Below, one piece after another: positions 12,961 through 26,488 of a stretch of DNA of 64,000 nt (position 1 is its first letter; every line of letters begins with the position of its first letter). The notes under the pieces are model-generated. The model did no database searches, was not told where the DNA came from, and worked only from the letters and a program-made list of their open reading frames with translations. The translations under genes and the position numbers were made by a program. This DNA is from Octopus sinensis (taxonomy: Eukaryota): assembly GCF_006345805.1 (NCBI RefSeq), contig NC_042997.1, positions 29,760,001 through 29,824,000 of the forward strand, read 5' to 3'.

Positions 12961-13058
12961 AACGTAATGTGTTTATTAGAGAGCTTTATAAAAAATTTGA
13001 ATTAGATAACGTAACGTGTGTATTAGAGAGCTTTATAAAAGCTTTGAATTAGATAATG
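12961..13058. repeat. ~49-bp imperfect tandem duplication
   Basis: aacgtaa(t/c)gtgt..tattagagagctttataaaa...tttgaattagataa occurs twice in tandem. Confidence 0.85.
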
Positions 13059-13719
13059 CAAGTAAAGATAAACACTGGGCCAACCAATCATTGAATTTCT
13101 TTTAGCTTCATATTCGACTGCTAAAGTCAAGTAATAAATCATCTCCTTGTTGCAAAATTAAGGGCAACCTTTGAAAACATTAACTAATCATACATGTTTT
13201 GAGACAGATTACGCAAACGCAAGACGGTAAATTTTCACGTTATGGGTCTGAAACAGAAGGTTATTGTGTTTATATGGAATTGTGGGTCATTTGATCGCTT
13301 TTAAATGTTCGTCCAACTCTAACATCTGCTTATATATTTAAATCAATATTTTGCTTTAAGTTGATATAAATCACAAACAATAGACACTGTAGTACACAAT
13401 CCTAAACAATCGTTTTCATGCTATTCTCCTTATTATAGAAAAAAATGTTTCTCTCGATTTATGATACTTATAAAAAACTGTGTTTACCACAATTTTATTA
13501 TGATTATAAAAAAATGTTATGAGTAATTTGCATGATACATCAACAGCATTAAAAATTCCTGTTTTAATTCATTTCTTATAATCTTAATGTGACTTAAACA
13601 TTAGCACAGATTCCAAACCTCATAGACAAAACGGAATTCACTATTGGTTGCAGAGGATACCACATATTTTATATTAGAAAACAAAACACGTATACAACTC
13701 CTGTTTTCATGTTGCTAAT

Positions 13720-14415
13720 AATAAAAAGGATTAGAAGAGTATATAGCCACTTCTGATATGTGGCACTTGGTCAATAAGAGAGTTTGATGTCACGGCCTTC
13801 ATTTGCACCACCCACCGCGAGGTAGGTTCATCTGGGCCTCTCGACAGGAAGAGATCCAGTTTGGTTTTGAAAAGACCTCTATCCAACTTATGTAGTTCCC
13901 ACAGGTACTTTGGGGAAATATTAAAAAGTCTGTGGTCCTTGAAACTCAAGCAGTTGCAGTAACTGGTCCTGAAGCACGACGGCATTCTTGGGATCTTTGG
14001 AATTTCGAAGTGGCGATCCATTCTGGCATTTGTGTAGCTTCACTGAATTATTTCAAGGTCCACTTTAAATTTTACGCTGTGGGGTGACCATAGTTGGGTG
14101 CAGTACTCCAGGCGGCTGAGGACGAATGTCCTCCAGAGAACCATCATGGTTTTCATTCTCTCTGATTCTGAGGGTTCTCAGGATCCAGCCAGCCAGCCGT
14201 CTACACTTTGTAGCCATCTTGAAAAGAGGTATCATCACAAAGATCACCCACTGATTTAGATCCTGTAAGATTTCCGTTCAGGTTTGGGTGCTGGTAGCGC
14301 AGGGCTTCATATATTCATGTATTAAACTGCATATTATTGTCCTCAACCCATCTGAAAATTGCGTCCAAATCCTGCTACAGGTGGGCAACTTCGCTAGTGT
14401 ATATTTATTTGCTGG
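13720..14415 (-). mobile_element. CR1/L2-group LINE, 3' part of ORF2 (pseudogene)
   Basis: DLDAIFRWVEDNNMQFN, KCRRLAGWILRT, EYCTQLWSP-like, LFN...FKTKLDLFLSRGPDEP...SNSLIDQ. Confidence 0.82.
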
Positions 14416-14443
14416 GAAACGTTAGTATATATATATATATATA

Positions 14444-15061
14444 GGGAGAATTCACCCAAAAACAAAAGGCGAAACCGGGTGGTGTAGACAACAAACAGAT
14501 GTATTAGTATAACGCTCGGGAAGTGGAAGAGTTTTTAACGTTTCGATCCAACGCTCTTCCACAGAAAGGAACGCAGAAAAAAACAAGGAAAGAAAATAAA
14601 GAATGTCTAGTGGTTAGCGATCTATCATGTTGAATGGCGCAATTGCACGCCGATACAATGGGGCGGCCAGGGTTGCTAGGGTTGTGGATGTTGGGGAGGA
14701 AGTAAATGGTGGGGGGTGAGGGGGTGTAAAATGAGGTTGGAGGCAGTGGGGGAGACGGGAGGAGGAAATAGGGTCAAGTACAGTGGAGGACACAGTTTTG
14801 GTAGCTGGGCGTGGGGTAAGAAGGCAGAAGGCAGTAGAAGGAGGTGTCTTGAAGATAGCGGAGAGCTTGTAGAGGTCCGTGCGATACACCACGACGGCTC
14901 CACCCATGTCGGCCGGTTTAATGATGATGTCAGTACGGCGTCGGAGACATTGAAGGGCCGAGAGTTCGGCTGGGGAGATGTTTAGATGACGGGGACGCCT
15001 GGAAAATTTAAACCGGTCCACAGCGCGCTGGCAGGTACCCGCAAAAAGATCGACTGCTTTG

Positions 15062-15065
<4 letters not shown>
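14444..15065 (-). mobile_element. Penelope-like fragment (N-terminal RT region plus pLTR-like tail) bracketed by (TA)n
   Basis: NISPAELSALQCLRRRTDIIIKPADMGGAVVV matches the PLE IIKPADKG motif; (TA)n at 14425-14443 and 15066-15094. Confidence 0.8.
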
Positions 15066-15094
<29 letters not shown>

Positions 15095-15098
<4 letters not shown>

Positions 15099-15600
15099 CG
15101 TGTGATAGGTAAATTGTCACCGTAGTACATATTAAATTACGCGCATGCGCATGGTTTGTTTTTGATTTTGTTGACTACATAGTATAGTAGGGTCAGTCGG
15201 GTACCATCTGTGAGAAAGACACCACCATGACGCAATTCACCCTACCAGCAATTTGGAATGCTGTACTGCTTCGCATTCGCGCTAGAAGCTCCAATACGAA
15301 CATTTCAGAGTGTGTGTGAGTAAATCTTAGGACATGTGCATAGTGTGATAAAAATCAAACATCCAGTCAACATCCTTGTGTCTTAGAGTGATCACTAATG
15401 ATGGCCTCCATTCAGCTTCCAACACGGCGTCACACTCAACAGGATGGCCTACATCAAGTGCCTGGAGGTGGTAGTGCTACCCTGCGTCAAGACTTTGGTT
15501 GGCAAGACGATTTTGGTGGCAACATGACTACAACATGCCACACAATCAGGAAAATCCTGTCATGGCAGTGAGACAATATCTGCGACCACATCACATCAGT
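15095..15600 (+). mobile_element. Internally deleted Tc1/mariner element of maT (DD37D)-like type
   Basis: TIR TA-CAGCGTGTGATAGGTAAATTGTCACC; degraded KHPVNI...YIKCLEVVVLP...WQHD...CHT...CDHIT; same family as 61003-61510. Confidence 0.72.
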
Positions 15601-15860
15601 TGGTGAAAGTTCGTTTTCCATGGGTTCACAAATGAGATTTGAGCCCAGCAAAATAAAGGCATGGTCTGTCACAACCTGTGCACACAAAAAGGTCATTGTC
15701 ATTCACTTTCTCGATCGTAACATTCTTCCTTAGATCTGCTTGTTTCTTTTTTAAGTTGATAGTCAAGCCAAAATCATCAAAAGCCGAGTCAAATGCTGAT
15801 ACAAGAGATTGCAGACCTGCTTCAGAATCACAGCTCATATTGTCAAGCCAATCACTAAAA
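15600..15860 (-). mobile_element. RTE-clade LINE remnant with an internal deletion
   Basis: SEAGLQSLVSAFDSAFDDFGLTINLKK (RT) is fused directly to the C-terminal FVCTGCDRPCLYFAGLKSH zinc motif. Confidence 0.68.
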
Positions 15861-15944
15861 GTATTTATTTGCTCCTTATCTGGCGGAAGCAATTGTTACA
15901 CTGGATGTATCATATATGGATACAAGTGTAGATGTTTTTAAAAA

Positions 15945-16397
15945 ATCTTTCTGATGCTGGTTCGCGAAAGTTTCGACTGTTGAGTCAATCGATGCGTGAA
16001 CTACGAGAGGCTTTGTTGATTAGCGTTCCCTAAACTGTGGCAGTTCTCAGCACTACAAGATGTTCGAGTCGACCCACGGAATTTTCTTCTCGATATACCT
16101 CGGAATTTCGTAACAACACGCAGGATCACCTTTCAGGATGGTGCCTGTCGCTTTCCAAAATGCTGTCGGAACTTTCTGTGGCTGGTGAAGTATGATTCCA
16201 CTGGTTAAGAATGCTACGACTTCTTTTGAACCCCTTGGCATTATGAGGACCACCAACACCAACTAACTGTAGAAAATAGTAAAATCTTCGATAATATGTA
16301 TATCAGTTATGTAATACATATAATTGGTATTGTATGTCTCTTTTATAATCTAAGATACTAGTACTTAAAATTTGTCCCATCATTACGGCTCATCCTA
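15945..16397 (-). mobile_element. 5' part of a Tc1/mariner element with a DUF4817-like HTH
   Basis: KFRQHFGKRQAPS*KVILRVVTKFR..GSTRTSCSAEN; TIR-like TA-TAGGATGAGCCGTAATGATGGGAC at the right end. Confidence 0.52.
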
Positions 16398-16454
16398 TAT
16401 ATATATATATATATATATATATACGTGCTGTATGTGTGTGTGCGTGTGTGAGTG

Positions 16455-16575
16455 CGTGTGTATACACCACAGCTCGTTGATGTAGGAGTCACTTGCCCAT
16501 TATGAGACGCACTATGGGTTTGAACACAGAATAAAGTGTTTGGTTAGCAAATTATTACCACACAGCCATACCTAC
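16455..16575 (-). mobile_element. Degenerate tRNA-derived SINE head
   Basis: Minus strand gtaggtatggctgtgtggtaa...gggcaagtg resembles the head of the SINE at 45333. Confidence 0.55.
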
Positions 16576-16777
16576 ATATAAAATTCGCCTCAGAAGTGAT
16601 GTGAAAACGCACTGGAATTACAAATAGAATTAAAGACAAATATACCATCATTTAAAGAAATATTTTTACCGTATTTAAAGTATTGATTCCATTGCGTTGT
16701 CCTGTCTTAAATTAATTTTCTCCAGCTGTTCTTTTTAGACGTTAATATGGAACAATTGTGTGTATATGTGTTACTCT

Positions 16778-16812
<35 letters not shown>

Positions 16813-18329
16813 CTGTCAATTTGTGTGCATGCTTATTTCTGTGTGGCTAAGATAGGAGGTAAAAGGACATATTGGCAAGGATTGAATCTTTAATATGTTA
16901 AGACGGATTAGATTTACAAAAATATAAATTTAATGCTTGAAATTGAATAGCTAATTTTTTAATAGAAAAATGCATGCTAATTATTTTACTGAGCACTTAT
17001 TTTATTTATCCTTGGATTAGCAAATGGAATTACACTGAATATATTTCAATTTGTTTCAAAGTGTCTACTGATTTCTAATCAAATTTATTTTCGTTAATCT
17101 CATGTAATAAATATTTATCAGAAATGACGGGAAAATTGTTGAAAATTTTATTTCATTCAACTAATCTTGTTGCGTTTCATGGAGAATTACAGTGATGGTT
17201 ATAAATCAGATGATATTTCTTTTACGATGTTAATATGACCAATGGTTTCATTTACTGTTATTGCCAAATTAGCCTGACCTTATCGGTGATATTGTAATTT
17301 CATTTTCTTCTCGAAATTTTTAGTATAGATATCGCTAGACGAGGGCGTGTTTATAATTCACTGGTATATCTGTTATAGTCAGGAATTACAACACTTGTCT
17401 CGTGAATGAGATTTGATACAGAGAAACTGTGTTGAAGCCCATCAGATGCAATGTAACTTATTTAAGATGTCAACTTTGTTATATACGGCTTCACGTTTGA
17501 TACGTCTGAAGTTTATATGAATGAAACATGTACATTTAAATTACTGCTTATCAGCTAACACAAGGAATAGGCTATATAGTGGAGCAAACACTTCGGTGAT
17601 ACAAATGCTTGAAAGTGATGAAGAAACCAATTTATTTCTTACTTTATTTCAATATGTCAAATTAATCGCCATTCTTCGGATGTTCGCCGTGAGAGGTCGC
17701 TCCCGAGATAACCGAAATTAATACAAATAAACATGTAATTTGTCAAGTATATTCATCACATACGTCACCGTCACTAAGCTAAAGATATGTATAATGTCAA
17801 GCAATATTTTTTTCTCACATAATTAATAGAACATAGACAAAAATGCACTTTTGCATTCTGAATTAAAATTTGGACGGATTCAATTTCTATTCATCCTACA
17901 GATGTCGATAAACTATGTACAATTTAAGAATTGAACCAATTAAAATTCACTTATTTTCCAGCAATTATTTTTTTACGTGGCAGTGCTACAAACCGATGTG
18001 TATGATATATAAATCCTTAAGATCCTTTAAAATGTTTTAGCCCGAAGGCCGCTGCCATGCTGGGGCACCACCACTGATATGGAATTCTTAGATTTTCTGT
18101 ATTCATTGAGGATATGCTCATTATTTATGTTATATATTCTATCTATTATTTCTGTAATTATGATCTATATTCATTCTTCATAATTCTACGAGTACACACA
18201 AATCATATTTAGATGAAAATTTACTATATAATGTGTTTGTTTTACCACTCAATTCTCAGCGCAGTATCGGTAATCGTGAGAGTATGTAAAAACGAAAAAA
18301 AACGCTTTTTATGAGTGCGTATGTGAAGC

Positions 18330-18885
18330 ACCATTTCTACTAATTATTGGGAAGCTAACATAGGTATATAGAATGTTGATAACGATGCGACTAAATTTCT
18401 CTCTAAACGAAGTAAAATTGATGATAGGTTAGAATACTCAGGGATGCGTGAAGCTTTTATTACTCTAAAAGATCACAAATCCAATTTCAGTGATAAACCA
18501 CTTTGTAGACTTCTAAAGCCAGGAAGAACTGAAAGAGGTTTTGTAGCTAAAACAAATATTAAGAAACATTAATATCAGAATTAGAGAAACTATTAAACTA
18601 CTACAGGGTACAAATGACAGTACTGTCATAGATAGGTTTAGGAATTTAACCGACAAGTATAGAACTAGATGCACTCAGTAGATTAACACGGCTCGATTTC
18701 TATACTTCGATAATGAGATTGATGGTTGATAAGGTGATACAGTTCGCAAAAAGATATGTCAACATTGAGCAAAAAAAAAATCTCCTTTTCAGTAATGGGT
18801 CTGCATGGGTTAAAACATTCGATACAAATGAATTGCTTGAGGTATCGTTGGGTTCGTATGACGATAAATCTATTTAAGAACCAGT
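18330..18885 (+). mobile_element. Penelope-like RT fragment
   Basis: EAFITLKDHKSNFSDKPLCRLLKP, DFY, LLFSNGSAWVK, VSLGSYD. Confidence 0.75.
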
Positions 18886-18889
18886 ACTC

Positions 18890-19365
18890 TAGTTTATGAG
18901 AAAAAGCGAGAAATGCAGAAGTTGAAACACGAACAAGATTGATTCAAAAAGTGAAACAAGAAGATAAGGAAAATTAGGAAGACTATGATTTACTTCTCTT
19001 TTGGCTGTAGAAACCATAATTGATATAGCTAGTGCAGAATAATATAGCAGGGAAGAGGTCAATCCATAGCGGGTGGGGTCCTGCGTTTTGATAAAAGAAA
19101 TATGTCCATGTTCTTGCATTTGCTAAAGATTTCGGATCTGAGGTTAAGTATTGTGGTGGGAATATTGGACATTTATAGAACGTGAAATCTTTCAGTCACG
19201 CATAGCATTCATGAGTTTTCAAAGGTGTATTTTAAAGCTTCATATAACATTTTATCTTTGAAGCCGCTGTTAGCTAAGGCATTGCTATAGTAGGAGGCTG
19301 CTTTATAAAAACTTTCCTTTGAAGAGACAGATTAACTACGTTATTACTGTTGTTGGCTATTAGAT
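18890..19365 (-). mobile_element. Penelope-like RT-thumb fragment, inverted relative to its neighbour
   Basis: Minus strand: ...SSKE.F.KAASYYSNALANSGFKDK...; abuts the (TA)n array. Confidence 0.5.
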
Positions 19366-19380
19366 GGATGGATAGAACTG

Positions 19381-19696
19381 TTATATATATATATACATGC
19401 ATACATATTATATATATATATATATCTATTATATATATATATATATAATATATATATATATATACATATATTATATATATACATATATATATATATATAC
19501 ACACACCACAACATATATATATAGATATATATATACATACCTATATATTATACATATATATACATATATATATATACATATATATGCATATATATATATA
19601 ATATATGCATATATATACATATATCCATATGTATATATATATACATATATATACATTATACATATATACATATATATGATTTATATATATATATAT

Positions 19697-19728
<32 letters not shown>

Positions 19729-19756
19729 GATATATATATATCTATATATTATATAT

Positions 19757-19824
<68 letters not shown>

Positions 19825-19842
19825 ACATATATATATATATAC
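19381..19842. repeat. Long imperfect (TA)n microsatellite
   Basis: Direct reading. Confidence 0.95.
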
Positions 19843-20194
19843 AATAGGTGAATGAATTATCCTATGTTTATCGTCAGCATGGAAAATTCGTTGAACCGAT
19901 ACCAGGATAGCAAATTCGCGTCAGAAACACGCGATTGTTAGAGAAAGCGATTCTTACTATGTGGGAATTGATAATAGAATAATATCTGGAAATTCTGGGA
20001 AAGTTCCTAGCGACGGCTCCACGGAACTGTAAGGGAAGGTTCGATTTAATTTGTATACCGAAAGATATTACGAACCAGATACAGTTCTTAATGGCCTTTG
20101 ACTTGTATCTAGAGTTATTTGTGAAAGTAAGGGGAACATTACTGGGTTGAAAACATAGTAAGAATCGCTTTCTCTAACACTAGAAATCTTTCAC

Positions 20195-20294
20195 NNNNNN
20201 NNNNNNNNNNNNNNNNNNNNNNNNNNNNNNNNNNNNNNNNNNNNNNNNNNNNNNNNNNNNNNNNNNNNNNNNNNNNNNNNNNNNNNNNNNNNNN
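20195..20294. other. Assembly gap (100 N)
   Basis: Run of N. Confidence 1.
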
Positions 20295-20711
20295 ATGACC
20301 TTGCACGGTGGGGACCAGTTCGAATTTTCTTCTGGTCGAATAGCCCATCCAGCTGAAAAGGTCCCTGAATAGGATTGTTTAAGGATTTTGAACGAACCCA
20401 CCCATGTTTCCAAAGTAAATTATCCAAACCTCCAAGATTTTCTTTCAACACAGGGATTGATGCTCTCCCCAACAACATCTGCTTCATAAGTGATGCACAG
20501 ATTGTCAGCCACTAAGGGACATGCTCAACTGGTTATGGTCAAAAACAATTGAAAAGCAAATCTGTGGTATTGAGCAGGGTATTTGCTCTAGCCCATCTTT
20601 TATACAAAGCCAAACAGTGTACATGATTACACTTCCAATCAGTTAAGATCAGAAGCCATGAGAGTCACAGCCTGGTAGTGTTATTATTATTTTCATTATT
20701 ATATATGTGTT

Positions 20712-21115
20712 AAGGCGGCGAGCTCGCAGAGTTTATTCAATGCCGGGCGAAATGCTTAGCGGTATTTCGTCCGCCGCTACGTTCTGATTCACAAATTCCG
20801 CCAGGTCGACTTTGCATTTCATCCTTTCGGGGTCGATTAAATAAGTACCAGTTACGCACTGGGGTCGTTATAATCGACTTAAATCCGTATATCTGTCCTT
20901 GTTTGTCCTCTCTGTGTTTAGCCCCTGTGGGTAGTAAAGAAATATGTATTTCGTTCGTCTTCACGTTCTTAGTTCAAATTCCGCCGGGGCGGACTATACC
21001 TTTCATGCTTTCGGGGTCGATAAATAATTGCCAGTTACACTCTGGGGGTCGATGTAATCGGCTAGTCCCCTCCCCCAAAATTTCGGCGGGCCTTGTACCT
21101 TTAGTAGAAAACGGT
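20712..21115 (+). mobile_element. SINE (family B) followed by a second related partial SINE
   Basis: Head aaggcggcgagctcgcagag, core ttcaaattccgcc..gtcgactttgc.tttcatcctttcggggtcga, tail agcccctgtgggtagtaaagaaat at 20920-20943; the core repeats at 20960-21060; homologous to 56922-57152. Confidence 0.8.
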
Positions 21116-22024
21116 AATTATCGCGCGCGCGTGTGCGTGTGAGTATGAGTGTGTGTGTGTGTGTGTGTGTGTATATTTCTATTAGACTGCAGCCATGTTA
21201 TGACACCACCTTGAAGGTTTAAACCGAACAAATCGACCACTGTAGGTACTTTTCAAAGCCTGGTACATATTATGTTTCTTTTTGCGCGAATGCTAAGTTA
21301 TGAGGACATGAGAAAGCATACACACACGTACACACACACACACACACACACGTACACCCACACACGTACACACACGTATATAGACAACATATCGACATTT
21401 ATGTATAATATATATATATCAAACACAGTACATATTGTTTCCAGTATAATGCTCTGTGTGTTTGTGTGTGCATGTGTGTGTGTGTGGCAGTACGCTAATT
21501 AACCAAACGTTATTTTTCCACTTAAACCAAAAAAATAATCATTATAACGATCTTCAGATATTGTAATTTTGGTAGAGCAGTCAAATCATATCTCTAATAT
21601 CAATCCATTGGAATCAAATATAGCTTTTTTGACGGTCCCTGATATGATGTTCAGCCAGGTCTAACTATCACCGCCTGGAACTTCTGTGAATAAAAAAACA
21701 ATTTTGTTTTTTTCCTTGAGTTTATTTATTATTTTCATCCTTCGCATATTCTATTTTTTATCCTCTTGATTGGCGTAATCGTCCGTTCGATCAGATGAAG
21801 ACTGCTTCTATGGACTGAGACGCTGCAAAGCCAATAAACCAGCCCTGACTACCATTAAGTATTTGGAGGAATCGTGCTGGCTGCTCCTGTTAAGCTCCGA
21901 ATGAACTGCGAGTATTTTGTGTTATTGATAACTATCTGTTTATGTCTCTGCATGTGAATATTTTTAACGTGGACAATAGGAGCGATACTGCAAGGCTTTC
22001 AATGGGGCATTATCCATCATTAAA

Positions 22025-22495
22025 GTTAAGATAACGTTAACATATTAGTATTATACACACACACGCACTAACACACACACATACACAACACACACACGTT
22101 CATACACAAAGACAAATACACACTCAGGCACACGCACACACATACAAACACACTCACACATACACAAACACACACACTCATACACAAACACAAATATACA
22201 CTCTCAGGCACACGCGCACACCCACAACACACTTATACTACACAAACACACACACAACACAAAACACACACGCTCATACACAACACAATACACATACTCA
22301 GGCACACGCACACACACACACCATCACATACACTCACACACAAACACAAATACACACACTCAGGCACACGCACACACACACACCATCACATACACTCACA
22401 TACAAACACACATACATACACATATACACTTTCTCACACAAGCACAAACACACAAACATACACACAAACACGAACACACACACACAAAGACACAC
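22025..22495. repeat. (CA)-rich low-complexity array
   Basis: Direct reading. Confidence 0.9.
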
Positions 22496-22519
22496 ATGAG
22501 CTAATAGATTCGTTAAGTA

Positions 22520-22720
22520 CATGAGAAAATGCTTCGCAGCGTTCGTCCATTTTTGAGTTCAAATTCCTCCGACGTCGACTTTGCCTTTCATCCTGTCAGA
22601 TTCGATAAAATAAGGATGATCTGAGCACTGGGCTCGATGTAGGTCCCTTAATCAATCTCCCCCACCACCACCACCACATCTTTGTGGCCTTGTACCAAAA
22701 TTTGAAACCGATATTACAAA
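22520..22720 (+). mobile_element. Partial SINE (family B core)
   Basis: ttgagttcaaattcctccgacgtcgactttgcctttcatcc core. Confidence 0.65.
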
Positions 22721-22824
22721 CAGACACAAACGCAAATATACACACAGAGCAACGACAATTTAATTGGACGTTGATTAACTGATGAAGAAAAATCAAAATC
22801 TATCTTTTATCTTTGATTGTTTTA

Positions 22825-23010
22825 GTTACTGGACTACGGCCACGCTGCAGCACCACCTTGAAGGATTTTTAGATGAGTGAATGGACCCGAGTACTATTTT
22901 TTTAGCCTGGCATATTCTATCGGTTCTTTTGCCGACCGTTAAGTCAAGGAGACTTAAACAAACCAACATCGATTGCCAAGCGGTGTTTGGTGTGTTTACA
23001 CAACATAACA
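22825..23010 (-). mobile_element. Partial SINE, 3' half of family A
   Basis: actacggccacgctgcagcaccacc...ttctatcggttcttttgccgaaccg matches the reverse complement of 45560-45720. Confidence 0.62.
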
Positions 23011-23221
23011 CACACCACACCTGTTAATGTAAAAGGTAGAAAAGTAACCTTCGAGTAGATATGAATAAGGAAAATACGAGGTAGAAAATGCTAAAATGAT
23101 TTATCATGAAGAAACTTTTAGTACCGGTTTCCCCCTTTTAGACTTTTTCAACTAAGAGTAAAATAAGATAAACAATTAAGTTGGACAAAAAAAATGAGTG
23201 AAATGTTTTGGAAATATTTTC

Positions 23222-23236
23222 ATATATGTATGTGTG

Positions 23237-23270
<34 letters not shown>

Positions 23271-23405
23271 TGTATGTATATGTATGTATGAATGTATGTA
23301 GGTAGGTGTGTATGTATGTATGTATGTATGTATGTATGTATATATGTATGTAGTATATAATTATGTATATACGTATGTATTTATGTATATATGTAGATGT
23401 GTATG

Positions 23406-23439
<34 letters not shown>

Positions 23440-23515
23440 CGTATGTACGTATGTATATATGTTGGTGTGTATGTATGTATGTATGTATGTATGTATGTAT
23501 GTATTATGTATGTAT
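23222..23515. repeat. (TATG)n microsatellite
   Basis: Direct reading. Confidence 0.95.
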
Positions 23516-23807
23516 AGCGTATTTGAAGTGTTGTACAGATATTGTATATTGAGAAAAAGGAGGCACTCACACTTTGGATAGTCCTCTATTAGTACTTTCG
23601 TTCGTTTACGAATTCGTCAAAACAAAATCAAAATGGTAAAAACAGAACGTTTCGTTGTCCATTTTATATGAATCGGACGTTTTTCTTTTTGTTAGAAGAG
23701 GAGAATATTGTTTTTTTTTCTTTTAATTTGGGGAAAAGGGCTGAGAGTGAGAAAGAAAAGAAAAAAGGGGGTAGAGAGAGAGAGAGGTTTCAGGACATTC
23801 AAGAAAC

Positions 23808-23823
23808 ATTAATAATACTAATA

Positions 23824-23866
<43 letters not shown>

Positions 23867-23955
23867 TAACAATAATAATAAATGATATAATAATAATAAA
23901 ATAATAATAGTAAAATAATAACAACAGCAATAATAATAACAACAACAACACCAAC

Positions 23956-23993
<38 letters not shown>

Positions 23994-24205
23994 TAACAAT
24001 AATAATAATAATGATAATAATAATAATAATAGTAATAATATAATAACAACAGTAATAATAACAACAACACAACAACAACAACAACAATAATAATATAATA
24101 ATTATAATAATAATAACAATAACATTAATAATAAAATGATAATAATAATAATAATAATAATAGTAATAATAATAATAATAATAATAATGATGATAATGAT
24201 AATAA

Positions 24206-24236
<31 letters not shown>

Positions 24237-24386
24237 AGTAATAATAATAATAATAAAATAATATAATTAATAATAATAAAATAATAATATATAATAATAA
24301 TAAAAAAAATAATAATAATAATAATAATAAAAAATAAAAAAATAATAATAATAATAATAATAAAAATAATAATAATAATAATAAAA

Positions 24387-24420
<34 letters not shown>

Positions 24421-24551
24421 TAATATAATAAAAATAATAATAATAATAATAATAATAATATAATAATAAAATAATAGTAATTAATAATAATAATATAATA
24501 ATAATAATAATGATAATAATAATAATAAAATAATAATAATAATAATAATAA

Positions 24552-24584
<33 letters not shown>

Positions 24585-24757
24585 TAAAGATAATAATAAT
24601 AAAAATAAATAATCAATAATAATAATAATAATAATAAGAAGAAGAAGAAGAAGAAGAAGAGAGGAAGAAGAAGAAGAAGAAGAAGAAGAAGAATAAAAAT
24701 AATAATAATAATAATAATAATAATATAATAATAATAATAATAATAATAATATAATAA
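23808..24757. repeat. ~950-bp (AAT)n array with (AAC)n and (GAA)n inserts
   Basis: Direct reading. Confidence 0.97.
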
Positions 24758-25548
24758 GCAATGGTTGAGAATCTCAGGACTCAAAGCAGGAACAGAGGGA
24801 TTTTTAATTGCAGCACAAGACCAAAGCCTCCCCACCAGAAATTACCAAAAACATGTAATGAAAAGAAATATTACAAGTAACTGCAGAACATGTGGAGATG
24901 GACAAAAAACAATAAATCATATTATCTCTAGCTGCCCAGTCCTGGCTAAGAAGGAATATTTCACAGACATGACAGAGTTGGAACCTACATACATTGGAAG
25001 CTATGCCAACATTATGGAATAACAACAGAAAAAGATGGTATAGGCACACACCCAGAAAAGGTCACAGAAAACGAGAAAGCAACCATACTCTGGGATATGC
25101 CGATACACACAGATAGAGAATTAAGGCCAACAGACCAGATATAGTTGTCAGAGATCATGAAGGAAAAAAATGCTTTCTAATTGATGTATCAATACCGGCA
25201 GATGACAATGTGTCTCTAAAAGAAATGGAGAAACTCTCAAAATACAAAGACCTGGAAATAGAGGTAACTAGAATGTGGAATCTGAAAACAGAAACAATTC
25301 CTATCATAGTAGGTGCATTAGGCATGATAAAAAAATATTCAGACAAATACATAACAAAAACACCAGGACTTACAAACACATATAACATACAGAAATTGCA
25401 CTACTAGGCACTGCACACATCCTACGCAGAACACTTTCCATACAATAACCATCAGAGCATCACAACAAATCACACAGCACATACCCAAGGCACAGAGAGC
25501 TGCGCTCGCTAGTGAAGTGAAAGCACGCTATAAAAATAAAACTACTGA
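24758..25548 (+). mobile_element. 5'-truncated R4/Dong-like element flanked on both sides by (AAT)n
   Basis: LKAGTEGFLIAAQDQSLPTRNY, CCHC CRTCGDGQKTINHIISSCP, REL region ILWDMP..RPDIVV..IDVSIPAD..KEMEKLSKYKDLEIE; frameshifted. Confidence 0.9.
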
Positions 25549-25589
25549 ATAATAATAATAATAATAATAATATAATAATAATGCAGTTC

Positions 25590-26488
25590 ATCTGTTTCTC
25601 TTACAAACATTTAATTTTGAAAAAATTTGCTGAAGAATCGCAGCTCCATTGCTTTTCGGAATTTTATATCTTGAATATTTGTGAAGAGAAAGATTTTGAA
25701 CTTTCCTTCACCGCATATTTCTAGATGCTTGCTCAGTGGAATCTTGCACAATTCCTCTTGTCGGATCTGTTGTCTGTGGTTTCTTGCACGTTGGCTGAGG
25801 GAATTGCTTCTTCTTTCGCCAATGTAATTTTCCTTGCAGTTAGGACAAGTAATACAGTATGTGAGATTCTGGGTGTTGCAGTTCATATCTACATTTAATT
25901 TGAATGAGAATCCGCTCTTCAATTTTCTGTGGGAACTACTTTCTATGTATTTAAAATTGTTGTTGCATGTTCCATATCTGCTATCTCCACATTCTTTTAT
26001 GGAGAATTCTGATTCATTTTCTGAGGTGAATTTTGCTCTTGTGTGATGCTTTTCAGGTTTTTTGGTTGGCGTCTACTGTATCATAAAGGGATTTTATCAG
26101 TCAGATCTTTCATTTTGGGGCTTTGTAGGAGTTTAGGTAGGTTATGATTTTGTGGCGTTAAAGATGTTGGTCACCCCAGGTGTGTGCCTCTTTATAAATG
26201 GAATATTGTGCTCATTATTTTTTTCCTTTGGTGTCCTCTGGTATCCTCAGCTTTATTGCCTTTTAAATTCCCTCGGTTATTAATCCTTAGGGATATTTTT
26301 GCAATACCAGGAAGTCTTTGAGTTCGTTGAGTTGTATTTGATTCGTCATTTATATCTTTATTGCCGAAGAATTCTATAAGCCGCAGGTCGCGTTTAAAAT
26401 GCTCAATATCAGCTTTTAGTTCAATGAGATTAAGTGTGGGTGTTGGGGTAAATTTGGGTGTTGGGAGATTCATCTCATTCTTATTGTA

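Noticed and set aside
14520-14565. Hairpin gtggaagag/ctcttccac with GAAACGT in the Penelope tail, considered as a ribozyme
   Set aside because: No CUGANGA box; recorded only as pLTR structure
20191-20700. ORF 20191-20487 as a host exon
   Set aside because: It runs into the N gap, has no recognisable domain, and the region ends in an ATT tail like an unclassified retroposon 3' end
21785-21835. Hammerhead-like cagatgaagac...gagacgc
   Set aside because: Both core boxes are mutated and stems I and III cannot be formed convincingly
24125-24835. Long ORFs rich in poly-I/L/Y/F/S (also at 9918, 11869-12339, 19274-19768, 23308-24087, 27652, 28864-29483, 29957-30587, 37299-37779, 44009-44582)
   Set aside because: They are translations of (AAT)n, (TTC)n, (TA)n, (TATG)n and (GATA)n microsatellites, not genes
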